Assembly: GCA_028023455.1 (NCBI GenBank)
Contig: JAQFVV010000007.1
Location: forward strand, 10,230,001-10,294,000
DNA from: Epiperipatus broadwayi
Lineage: Eukaryota; Animalia; Onychophora
DNA: 64,000 nt
Reading direction: 5' to 3'
The stretch's first letter is position 1. The number at the start of each line of letters is the position of its first letter. Of the stretch, positions 51,245-62,039 are shown piece by piece. The position numbers and the translations under genes are program-made. The notes beneath the pieces are model-generated. The model saw only the letters and a program-made list of their open reading frames with translations. It did not search any database and had not been told where the DNA came from.

Positions 51245-54200
51245 TCATCATCATCATCATTATCAACCATTATCAATCCACTGCAGGATGAAGGTCTCTC
51301 CAAGTTTAATCCATCTTCTCCGATCTTTAGCTTCTCTTCTCCACATCACCCCTACACATTTTCTTATTTCATCCATCCATCTTACATGTGGTCTCCTTCT
51401 GGGTCTTTTACAATCTCTTGGAATCCAGTTTAAAATTTCAATTGTCCATCTATTATCATCTCTTCTAGCAATATGTCCAGCCCAACTCCACTTCAATCTT
51501 TTAATTTTTTCAATGAGGTCAGTAACACCTGTTTGTTCTCTTACCCATACATTGCGTTTTCGATCTCTTCTTGTTACTCCTAACATACATCTCTCCATAC
51601 TTCTTTGAGTGGTCTGAAGTCTCTGTATTGATCTTCTATTAAGTGTCCAAGTCTCAGATCCATAAGTAAGAACTGGTAAAACACATTTGTTAAAAACCTT
51701 TCTTTTCAAACACATAGGCATATTTCCTTTTAATATCAAGTTATTTCTACCAAAAGCACTCCAACCAAGTTTAATTCTATGATTAATTTCCTCTATTATG
51801 TTTCCATCTGTATTAATAATCTGACCAAGGTATTTGTAACTCTTAACTTCTTCTAATTCATCATAATCAATCTTTATTTTCATATTTGGAGCAAATCGAT
51901 TAAACATTACTTTAGTCTTTTTAACATTTATCTTTAGTCCTACTTTCCTACTTTCATCTGATACCTCCTGCAACATTTCCTGCAGCTCGGAAGCATTATT
52001 TGCAAAAACAACTACATCATCTGCGAAATCTAAATGACTTAAATAATCTCCATTTACTTTCACTCCTTTAGTTTCCCATTTTAATCCACAAAATACTTCT
52101 TGCAGCACTGCTGTAAAAAGTTTTGGAGATATGGAGTCACCTTGTCTTACACCTTTCTCAATGTTGACTTTCTCAGTATCATTATGTAATCTAATTGTTG
52201 CTGTTGCATTTTTATAAATATTCTTTAAAATATGACAATATCCTGGATCTATACCTTGATGATCCAATGCTTTAATCACTGAAGAAATGTTTATAGAATC
52301 AAATGCCTTTTCATAATCTACAAATCCAAAACATAATGACAACTCATATTCATTTGTCCTTTCTATAACTTCTCTCAATACTTGAATATGATCTACTGTA
52401 CTAAAACCACTTTTAAATCCAGCTTGTTCTCTTGGTTGGTGAAAATCCAAGGTTCTCTGTAGATGAGTTGTAATTATCTTGGTAAAAATTTTATATAAAA
52501 CTGATAAAAGGCTGATAGGTCTGTAATTTCTAATATCTTCTTTATCACCTTTTTTAAATATTAATATTATTACTGCATTCTTCCAATCATCCGGTACATC
52601 TTTATCATTTAGACATTTGGTATATAACTTTGCTAATATTTTTTCTGTTTCTTCACCTGCTTCTTTTAATATATCAATTATAATTCCATCATTACCTGGA
52701 GCCTTTCCTTTTTTCATACATTTAATTGCATTTCTCACTTCTTCATTTAAAATTCTGGGCAATTCGGAAGATGTAATAGATATAGGAGGTACTTGTTCTT
52801 TATTACTATATAATTCTTGATAAAAATCTTCTACCAATTTCATAATGTCATTCCTCTTTTTAGTAATAATTCCATCTTTTTTCCTTATTGCAGATATAAA
52901 TTTCCTACCAATACCAAAATGTTGTTTTACATTCTTAAGACTTTTATTTTCTTCTACAGCTTTTCTTGCTAGTTCACAGTTATACTTTCTTATATCATTT
53001 TCAACTCTTTTCCGCACCATTTTACAAAATTCGAGATATTCAATTCTTTTTAATGCATCATTCTTGCATATCTTCATATTCCTTCTTTTCTTCATAAGTT
53101 CTCTAGTCTCAGTAGAAATTTTATTAGTCAATTGCTGCTTTTTTCTACCAGCTATCTTTGTTGCAGTTTTTAAAAGTGTATCAGTTATTTTCATATTAAT
53201 TTCATTCAAATCTGAATCATGTTCAAAATCTACTAATACTTGAAACCGATTTGTAAGTTCTAATTTAAATTCATTAGAATGTTTCTGAAGATTAGGAATA
53301 TCAACTGTAAATATAGTTTTTCTTAATAATTTTTGTCTCTCTAGTTTTACATTAACATGTATCTTACCCCTTACTAATCGATGATCACTTCCTATGTTAA
53401 ATTTATTAAGAACATTACAATCTTGAAATATGTATTTCCTGTTAGTCAAAATATAATCCAATTCTACTGTACCTTCATTTGGATGCTTCCATGTCCATTT
53501 CCTTCTAACATTTTTCTCAAAAAAAGAATTCATAATATAAAGTTTTTCCTTCTCTGCAAACTCCACAAGTCTATGTCCTCTCTCATTTCTATTACCATAA
53601 CCAAAATTACCTACAACACTTTCATCTTTCATTTGTTTACCAATTCTAGCATTAAAATCTCCCATAACAATTTTAAAATGTTGTTTACTCTGATCAAAAG
53701 CCTTTTGTACATCCATATAAAAATCTTCTACTACTTCATCACTGTGAGAACTTGTTGGGGCATAAACCTGAATTATCTGCATTTGATATCTGCTATTAAG
53801 TTGTATAACTAATCTTGCCACTCTGTCTGATACACCATCAATCTCCACAATATTGTTCTTCCACTTTTTATTTATAATGAATCCTACTCCACTTGTATTT
53901 CCAATATTTGTGCCTTTATAATAGAGCATATGTCCACTTTTTAAATCAATTGTCTCTTCACCTTTTCTTCTAACTTCACAAAGTCCAATAATATCCCATT
54001 TAATATAAGAGAGTTCTTCTTCTAATTCTTGCAGTCTTCCTTCACTTGAAAGTGATCTGCAGTTGTAAGTACCTAAATAAAAAGTCGTCATCAAATGGCA
54101 GCCTGGGTCCGCCTCCAGGATATTCTTAGCACCCTCTGCCTTCGGTCACCAACCGCTGCCTTGGTTGGTGACTTTACAGCCTCCTGGGATTAAGGGCCAT

Positions 54201-54388
54201 GCTTTATTTTTGTCTGTCATAATTGTATAATTGGGAAAAATCTTTATCATTTACACAAACATTCATTCTGCCTTATCAGGCACTGAGAAGAAAGACCATG
54301 GTGTTTCTTGATCTTAAACTCAGAGGTAAAAAGCCAATAAACTCACCACGCTGGCTAATGCGTGTTGGTGAGCAGCCCATCCATGTTC
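51245..54388 (-). mobile_element. Full-length RTE-clade non-LTR retrotransposon (~3.14 kb)
   Basis: Single long ORF. 3' tail of (GAT)n. Candidate TSD gtatattat (51236-44) / gtatactat (54389-97). GC-rich structured 5' leader. Confidence 0.9.
51263..54094 (-). CDS. RTE ORF2: apurinic-like endonuclease (APE) + reverse transcriptase, 943 aa, no internal stops
   Basis: APE motifs TYNCRSL, DIIGLCEVRR, QVYAPT, MGDFNA, LDYIL, SDHRLV. RT motifs KAPGNDG, YRPISLL, QAGF, DYEKAFDS, GVRQGDSISPKLF, FADD, YKYLG. Confidence 0.97.
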   Translation of the reverse strand: MMTTFYLGTYNCRSLSSEGRLQELEEELSYIKWDIIGLCEVRRKGEETIDLKSGHMLYYKGTNIGNTSGVGFIINKKWKNNIVEIDGVSDRVARLVIQLNSRYQMQIIQVYAPTSSHSDEVVEDFYMDVQKAFDQSKQHFKIVMGDFNARIGKQMKDESVVGNFGYGNRNERGHRLVEFAEKEKLYIMNSFFEKNVRRKWTWKHPNEGTVELDYILTNRKYIFQDCNVLNKFNIGSDHRLVRGKIHVNVKLERQKLLRKTIFTVDIPNLQKHSNEFKLELTNRFQVLVDFEHDSDLNEINMKITDTLLKTATKIAGRKKQQLTNKISTETRELMKKRRNMKICKNDALKRIEYLEFCKMVRKRVENDIRKYNCELARKAVEENKSLKNVKQHFGIGRKFISAIRKKDGIITKKRNDIMKLVEDFYQELYSNKEQVPPISITSSELPRILNEEVRNAIKCMKKGKAPGNDGIIIDILKEAGEETEKILAKLYTKCLNDKDVPDDWKNAVIILIFKKGDKEDIRNYRPISLLSVLYKIFTKIITTHLQRTLDFHQPREQAGFKSGFSTVDHIQVLREVIERTNEYELSLCFGFVDYEKAFDSINISSVIKALDHQGIDPGYCHILKNIYKNATATIRLHNDTEKVNIEKGVRQGDSISPKLFTAVLQEVFCGLKWETKGVKVNGDYLSHLDFADDVVVFANNASELQEMLQEVSDESRKVGLKINVKKTKVMFNRFAPNMKIKIDYDELEEVKSYKYLGQIINTDGNIIEEINHRIKLGWSAFGRNNLILKGNMPMCLKRKVFNKCVLPVLTYGSETWTLNRRSIQRLQTTQRSMERCMLGVTRRDRKRNVWVREQTGVTDLIEKIKRLKWSWAGHIARRDDNRWTIEILNWIPRDCKRPRRRPHVRWMDEIRKCVGVMWRREAKDRRRWIKLGETFILQWIDNG

Positions 54389-57300
54389 GTATACTATATG
54401 AATAAACATATAGTAATAACAGCTGCAACGACAAGAACGTATATAATTAATACATCGTACATTTGTATGCATTCATTAAAATGATTCGTATTTCATCTAA
54501 ATTAATATTTGCAATTGCATATTGGCCTGATTAATACAAAAATAATTTCAGTCTATTTGAAGTATCAATGCTTGATTTATTACTATATAGCAAACCAATG
54601 GTTAGGTAAAATATATTTTAATTAGCAAAATAGATTGGCTTTGCTATAACAAAAGGTGAGTATTATTGACTGGTTTATTTAAATAATTCTTGGGAAATTA
54701 TGCTTGTAAATTGTCTTAGTAACATATTTAGGCTTGTTCTGTCCCATGAAATAAGTTTTTTTTTAGTATTACATATTTGACAAAATTATTTACAATCTCA
54801 TTAAAATAACTGATATAAAAAGATATCCATGATTTTAAGTGTAATAAAAATTTCGTATTTCTGCCTTTGTTAAATATAATCTTAAATTACACCCAGCATA
54901 ATTGCCCCATTGATAAAAAAAAAAAACCCTTCTAATTATTAAAGCTCGTAAATTAGCCATCGTCGTAAATAGCCAATTAGCAGTCAAGATTCATTTTTGG
55001 CTAGAACAATGGGATATTGTTATTGTGGGCAATAATCATAATTAATTATATTTAACAAAGAAAGCTATAAGAAATTTCCAACATTCTTAGCTTATTTTAA
55101 TAATACGGTTTAATTTTTTCAATATATTGTTTATATACATACATAAACTGGGATGCTTGTGTGTAATTTTTTTTATCTTATCGTATTAATATATTTATAA
55201 ATTGTAAATCGTAAAACCAGAAAGAAGTATATATTTTTAAGAAAAAATAAAAACTTTATGATCCTATATCCTTTCTATCGGCATTTTGGTGCAAATCTAT
55301 ACAGGTCCATTTATATAAAGCAAACGGTAAAAAAAAAAAAAATGTTGTTTCTTAACTTTTTACTTGATAAATATAAAAATGTACTGACTTATACGCTAAC
55401 AAAAGTTTTTTAGACTGATTAAAAATTTATGATTATTATTATTTTAAATACTAGTATATTGAAATATATTTGTAAGAATGAGATAAATGTCGATATATAA
55501 AAGATTGTATCTTAAAATCTCTTTTGATTATAGTTGAATAAAAATGATTTCTACCTTTTCTTTTGTTCTCTTCCCCAAAATGATATAGCATAACTTCTCG
55601 GCTCCTCAAATATAATTTGCATAAATGAATAATTAAGATTGGGTTTGTTTCAATCAATAAACACGATTTTAATGAGTTAGATTTTAATTTGAAATTTATT
55701 ATCTTTTGGGCACACAGAATTGCTTCATGCTTGACAACGATTATTAATAATATTCTCTCCGAAGAGTTATGAATCATAGTCAAGGGGGAAGCTGGGAGAG
55801 AATCAGAGATTTTTATTTTAAACGGTCTGTAAAACTATTTTGCTTTTATAATTTTTATTTAATAAAATGGATTTGGCGATTCTATTTGGCAATAAAAATT
55901 ACTACATTTTTTCATGACTAAGTTTTTATCAATATTATTTCTGTGTGTGGCAAATTAATGAATTTAAGATGGGGAAAATTTAAAAGATTGGATAGGAATT
56001 GGGTTGTAAGATCTGGGGCCGATTATTGTTTTAAGTACTTGCCAAGTTGCGTAGCAGATGAAGAAAAGATATTCAAATGAAAAAGTTGAAAATAACTATA
56101 AATAAGAATGAAAGATTTTTTGGTAGATTGACAAATTAATATTTAAAAAAAAAACTTGTTAAATGTGTGTGTGTTTTTGAAGCGAAAGTGCTGGTGATTA
56201 GAAAAAAAAGATACAGGATGAAGATTGGAAATATTAAAGGATAATAATGATTTTGGAAAAGATGGCGGGGGGGGGGGTAGCTAAAAAAGTAAGATATGAA
56301 ATATGTAAATGAAAAAATATTATTCGAAAAAATTAAAGTAAATAGGCTAGAATATATAAGAATTCCGAAAAGTTTGCCAAAGTAATCTATTGTCAAGTTA
56401 CTCAATTTATATTTAATGGGAACTTAACACAGTTATATATTATAAAAAATAAATGGAGATATGAGAAAAAAGAGATTGAAGTTAACACATAATCTAAATG
56501 TAAAGGAAAGCTGTGAATATTTGAAAAGAGCAAAGGAAAAGGGCATTATGTGCTATCCAATGGTATTGCTTCTCATTTTAAAATAGAAAATGGATTACTA
56601 ATCAGAATAATAATATTTAAATACATTTTTAAAAATTGTATAAAACCAAACATAACAAGTAAAATAGGCTCTACAGATATCTTTTTAAATGGTGATAAAC
56701 ACTAGCAATATAATACATTCACATATTTTACAATCATCTCACCATCATTTGCCTGATCAATCCAGATTCACTGACCATAATTGCATGATTATCTTGATTG
56801 ATTATCATAAATATTCATGGATAAAATCCTAAGCCTGTTCATGACTTGAAAAAATTTCAAGATTTACTTGATCCAGGGACAAGACAAGATTATATGCTAT
56901 CATCACACCATAAAGCAAAAGCTTTATTTGTTTAGAATTTATACTTTTTTGTGTGCAGGTATGTATATATGAAGGTACTTGAAGTGTAATGCTTACCTCA
57001 ATGATCATGCATGTGAATGGGGTTTCGAATCTAAAGGAAAATTAAAACCTTCCAATGATTTTCAAATAAGTTTAGGATTTTATTTAATTGGTCTGGTTAT
57101 AGATAATCATCTAATTATAGGTCAGTAAATGGGTATTAGTTATTTTTATCATGAAATTAAAACAAAAAAGTAAAATCATAATACATTATCGTCCATGCAA
57201 TTTGATTGGTGTTGAAATATCATTTCCTTTACAGTTTGTTTCTGTATGAAGGAATGCAAGAAAAGCATTTGCTTTGCTGTGGATTCTTTATGGTTATTAT

Positions 57301-57779
57301 TAGCATTTTCATTTAATAGTAATCCACTAAATCTCTCTAAGCTTTATCCAGCTTATCCAATCCATTGCATGATTTGCCTATTTATTTCTCTTTTTATCTC
57401 ATTTTCATATTTTACAACCCTTTAATGATCAAGTTTAAGAATTATCCTATTCATCTATTTACACATTTTCTAGCGACTTCTATTTATTCACATAGTTTTT
57501 TCAGTTATGACTGTAATGCATGTTTGTTTTTTTCACGTATTTCACTTTTAATTTTTTCTTGCCATTCCCAACATATATTTGTCTATACTTTTTTTTCTCT
57601 CAGTGATGAAAGTTTATTCATCAAAAATTAGGTACAAATACAGTTAAATAAGAGGTTTACAAAGAATGGTAAAAATGAAATTCATGAGAAACATAGTGAA
57701 AGGGGAAGGTTACATATGAAAAGGGAAAGGGATGTGGAAAGGGTGTGTATTAATCATTAAAGACAAATGAATGTTACAC

Positions 57780-58640
57780 TTAGAAATTATTTGTAAAGTC
57801 TAGGGTTTAAATATGAGAAGCATTTTAGGAGTACAATATTGAGAAATCCAATTTGCGTGGATAAGTTGAGAATAAGAAAACGTTTGGAGATAACAACATT
57901 AGAAATAATAAATGTAAATAGGGTGAATCACTTGCAATTAAAATCATGAAGCCAAACTGCGACTTACTTTGCAATAATACTTGGATAAAATCGTTTATAA
58001 CAATAGCGCTAAAACTGCTATGAATAGCGTTTTTTCCTTTCTAGTGAATGAGAAAATCAACATCGGCAACACTTCCCACAACATCCTCATCCTAGCCTTC
58101 CCCCTCAAAAGAACCAGGATTTAGGTCTCTGCCCCCCCCCCTCCAACAACCGGACTCTCTCATTCAATCAGCAAAGTTGATTGTAATAAAAATTTTTATT
58201 AAAAGGTACAATTAGGAATTATTTACAAAGTCTAGAAATGAAACATGAATAGTGTTTTAGGAGTACAATATTGGGAAATCCAATTTGCGGTAGATAAGTT
58301 GAGAAATAGGAAAACACTTGGAGATAACATAAAATACGGACTAAATCTATCTAGTGTTCAGTTCTTCTAAATGGCCTCGAATATCTTCACAAGAGAGCAA
58401 TCCCGAATACTTTGGAAAAATTATGGAAAAACTATGGAGAACAAGGGAAAAAAAATCCAAGCTTCAAAATGTCTCTGCTAAAAACCATTCTAATCCATTA
58501 TGAAAATCACATGAACAGCAAAAGGTCAGCCCTATCAATAACAACATTGGAAGTATAAGGTGAATCACTTGCAATTAGAATCATGAGGCCAAACTGCAAC
58601 TTATTTTACGATAATATATGGATAAAATCATTCATGACGG
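57780..58640 (+). repeat. ~230-bp direct repeat; second copy split by a ~215-bp insertion
   Basis: ttttaggagtacaatattg.gaaatccaatttgcg at ~57823 and ~58255; ggtgaatcacttgcaatta.aatcatga.gccaaactgc at ~57921 and ~58559. Confidence 0.85.
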
Positions 58641-59584
58641 TAATGTATTTGTCTATACTTTTTGTAAGATTTGAAGATTCTGTATTGCGCGTCTGCTGAA
58701 TATATAACTTTCATATTCATATGTAACTAATCTGTCCCTTCCGTTAATCTTGAACTCCAATAGTCCCCCCCCCCCCCCACTACAACACTAAATTTTGCAA
58801 GAGTCATAAGCGTCAATAAAGTTATGATAAAAATAAAGTTCGGAACGTGTCGGGCGTTTTCCTAAAATTATTCCCATTGATAAAGCCAAAAATTTCAAAT
58901 CCATTCAAACTTTCCCTGAAATTGGTGTTACGCATACCGAAATAAAGTGTAGATAAACAAATTTCTCAATTTATTTTATATATGTAGTAAATTATTTTTT
59001 CATTAAATACTCAAATACAATGTTATCACTCAAAATAAACTGATCCATTCTTACTGGACAGTAATTTATTATTTTCAAATGCGGAATCAATAAATTATTA
59101 CTTTTTTTAAAATTTATATATATATATTAAACGACACCACCAAGCATAATAAATTTAGAATTTAAGTAATTTAATTATAAAGTTGATTTAGCTTTTTTCT
59201 TCTAGATAACCTGAAATGTAATTATTTTTAATTATAAAGTCATTACCTGTGTTTTATTTTAATTAATGACACATGACTGATAAGTTTGTAATTGTATTTG
59301 TATGTGCCTGTAGATGTTTTAAATGTCTGGATTTTTAATAGTAAAGAAATAATTTATTATGCTCTAGCTAATTTGCTTAAAAATATGTTTTTAAAAAAGA
59401 AAAATTAATAATTTTGATCAGTTTTATTATTATTGTGATTTTGTGAAAAGAGTTTTTTTTAATGTCAAATAATAAGCGAAAGGGTTTATTGCTCGAAAGC
59501 TCTTAAGAAGTTCAACCGTCTGATGGGGCTGATAGACAACACTGGAATTGACCTGAGGACTTCACATTTCGGAATCCGAAATTT

Positions 59585-59820
59585 TTTTATCATTTCCATC
59601 ATCAGATTTTCAATAATATGAAAGGCTTCATATGTGTGTGGGAAATGATGATCTGGACCAACTGATGTGTGCTGATTCAGCATGAAATACATATATTGAG
59701 ATCATTTATCTTTTTCACATGTATGTGGTCATGTGTACTGGTTGTATAAGATGGAGTATATAGCTATAGGGAGCTTAAAAATCTGAGTTCATATCTCTTA
59801 TAATTATATTAAGTTCAATA
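59585..59820 (+). mobile_element. Family A unit, internally deleted; HHR core mutated (CTGATGT, 59662)
   Basis: catttccatcatcagattttcaat...gatctggaccaactgatgtgtgctgattcagcatgaaatacatatattgag. Confidence 0.8.
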
Positions 59821-60289
59821 TAAAGGGAAGGCTTAACAACTAAATATTTGAGAAATATGACCAATCACTAAAATATGAAATTAATAAATAAAATGAATTT
59901 TTAACAACAAAATAAATAAAATAATAAACAATAAGATATCATATGACTCAATCTCACATAATACATTCACAATGTTTTTAAACAGGAATTTATTTTCACC
60001 ACAATTATGCCACCAAGTATAAGCTAAGATAGGGTCATGTGATGTTTTATTGGTTTTTATACCAATACTGACCAAAGAACAGAAATGCCTATAGTTATTC
60101 AAAAATTAAGGACACTATAATACATAGATACTGAACTGATTTTAGATCTAAATAACTATGCAAGCAAATTAGCATAGATTGAAAACATTAATATGTTTGC
60201 CAATTTGATCTCATAACTTGATAGTAAAACAGAGAAGTAAGACATGGATGCTGGAGAAAAGGTATATTAGATTCAACAGATTGAGGCAC

Positions 60290-60390
60290 ACTGATCAAGT
60301 TCCCAAGGTTCTTGCTGGTAAAAACCTGATGCTAGAAACAAGTCTGGGTTATTGGATAAAACAGCACTAGTTAGGGATTTATGAAGCACA
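60290..60390 (+). mobile_element. Decayed family B unit
   Basis: ccaaggttcttgctggtaaaaacctgatgctagaaacaagtctgggttattggata is similar to 16651-16710. Confidence 0.55.
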
Positions 60391-60759
60391 TCTGAAATCC
60401 ATTTCTTAAAGCTTAAACTAGGTGGTGTAATCATAGTAAGAGAAAAAAGACGACTGATATTGATAAGACTAAGATTAGGAAATTTTTTGTCTTACCTTTA
60501 GAGTCAAACTATATGTAAGACATATTTTACAATTGTCAAATTTTTATTAAATGGATATAATAATTCCAAGGAATTGAAATCAAACATTAAAACTATCAAA
60601 ATAAATTTACAGTTTGATGTGTTTTTACTAATATAGATGTGCACAAACTAACAATTGTATGTGTGAATAATCTGACTCATACTTTCTTAATTTACCCAGG
60701 TATATATTCTTATTTACTCTGTGTAATAATCTATACAAATTATTCTGTGATTAATATAT

Positions 60760-61632
60760 ATATATATAATTATTCAAAACAATACAATAATTAATACAGT
60801 AACAATATTTTAAACAAATATATACCAATTTAATAGAAGTACTTTCAACTATCTATGTAGTCGTTGTCAACTAGACTCAAATTGTATTAGAAAAAACCGT
60901 TACAAATGTAAACAAAAGCAATACGTCATACATCAATTTTCCCACAATTCATTAATTTTTATATTGGCTGTCTGTCTATTTATCAACTGTTGCTTTTCAC
61001 TTTTTATTAACATAGCTTCTTTAATTTTGCGTTTATTATTATTTCTTTCAATACACAGAATTTTAACTTTATTAAAATCAAAATCAAAACCATAATTACA
61101 TGTTACATTATGATCAAAAAATACTGATGGTGATACATCATCATTTCTAACATTCTCTTGTCTTGATTTTTGCACTCGTTTATATAATAAAAAATGCTCC
61201 CTTATTATATAAACGAGTGCAAAAATCAAGACAAGAGAATGTTAGAAATGATGATGTATCACCATCAGTATTTTTTGATCATAATGTAACATGTAATTAT
61301 GGTTTTGATTTTGATTTTAATAAAGTTAAAATTCTGTGTATTGAAAGAAATAATAATAAACGCAAAATTAAAGAAGCTATGTTAATAAAAAGTGAAAAGC
61401 AACAGTTGATAAATAGACAGACAGCCAATATAAAAATTAATGAATTGTGGGAAAATTGATGTATGACGTATTGCTTTTGTTTACATTTGTAACGGTTTTT
61501 TCTAATACAATTTGAGTCTAGTTGACAACGACTACATAGATAGTTGAAAGTACTTCTATTAAATTGGTATATATTTGTTTAAAATATTGTTACTGTATTA
61601 ATTATTTTATTGTTTTGAATAATTATATATAT
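60760..61632. mobile_element. Very young Penelope-like fold-back: 431-bp arms (60760-61190, 61202-61632), 11-nt spacer, each arm a 5'-truncated PLE 3' end
   Basis: Mirror ORFs 60933-61229 (-) and 61163-61459 (+) encode the identical GIY-YIG C-terminus (SVFFDHNVTCNYGFDFDFNKVKILCIERNNNKRKIKEAMLIK...INRQT...W). I saw only one arm mismatch in the parts checked. Confidence 0.95.
61508..61566 (+). ncRNA. Candidate extended type I hammerhead with U3-A8 variant core (mirror copy 60826-60884, minus)
   Basis: CAATTT gagtc TAG | TTGACAA c GACTA cataga TAGTT GAAA gtac T T | CTA tt AAATTG: bulged stem I (3+6 bp), stem II 5 bp, palindrome AAGTACTT; ~50 nt after the GIY-YIG stop. Confidence 0.55.
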
Positions 61633-61710
61633 TTTATTATAATTGGAATACAGACATTGATTATAATTTATATATATATATATAAAATTGAATATTTATA
61701 AATACACTAG

Positions 61711-61749
<39 letters not shown>

Positions 61750-62039
61750 GTGCTAGTGCATTATTTTATGTGATATATTACAATCTTTTGACTTCTGTAG
61801 ACATTTTTTCATTCTGAAATACTTCAACATTGTACTTAACTATAGATTTTTAATATATTCACTTTTCCATCATATCTTATTAATAATTAATACATCACTT
61901 CTGTGGAATATCTTTGAAATAATATTTATAAAATAAACATGATTTGCCTCTCCAGTAAAAAATATGCTTAAGTCATCTTAAAATATCCTTTTAGAAAATC
62001 ATATTGTTCATTTAATGAATAATGCTTCTATAGTAAAAT

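Noticed and set aside
51234-53812. Plus-strand ORFs 51234-51608, 52617-52820, 52845-53243, 53381-53812
   Set aside because: Antisense shadows of the RTE ORF
54200-54390. HDV-like ribozyme in the RTE 5' leader (expected for some RTEs)
   Set aside because: I could only parse simple hairpins, not the nested double pseudoknot. An RNArobo/Infernal HDV-like search is needed to exclude it
55451-55783. 110-aa minus ORF as a gene or LINE C-terminus
   Set aside because: No diagnostic motif I can confirm; may be a decayed LINE remnant
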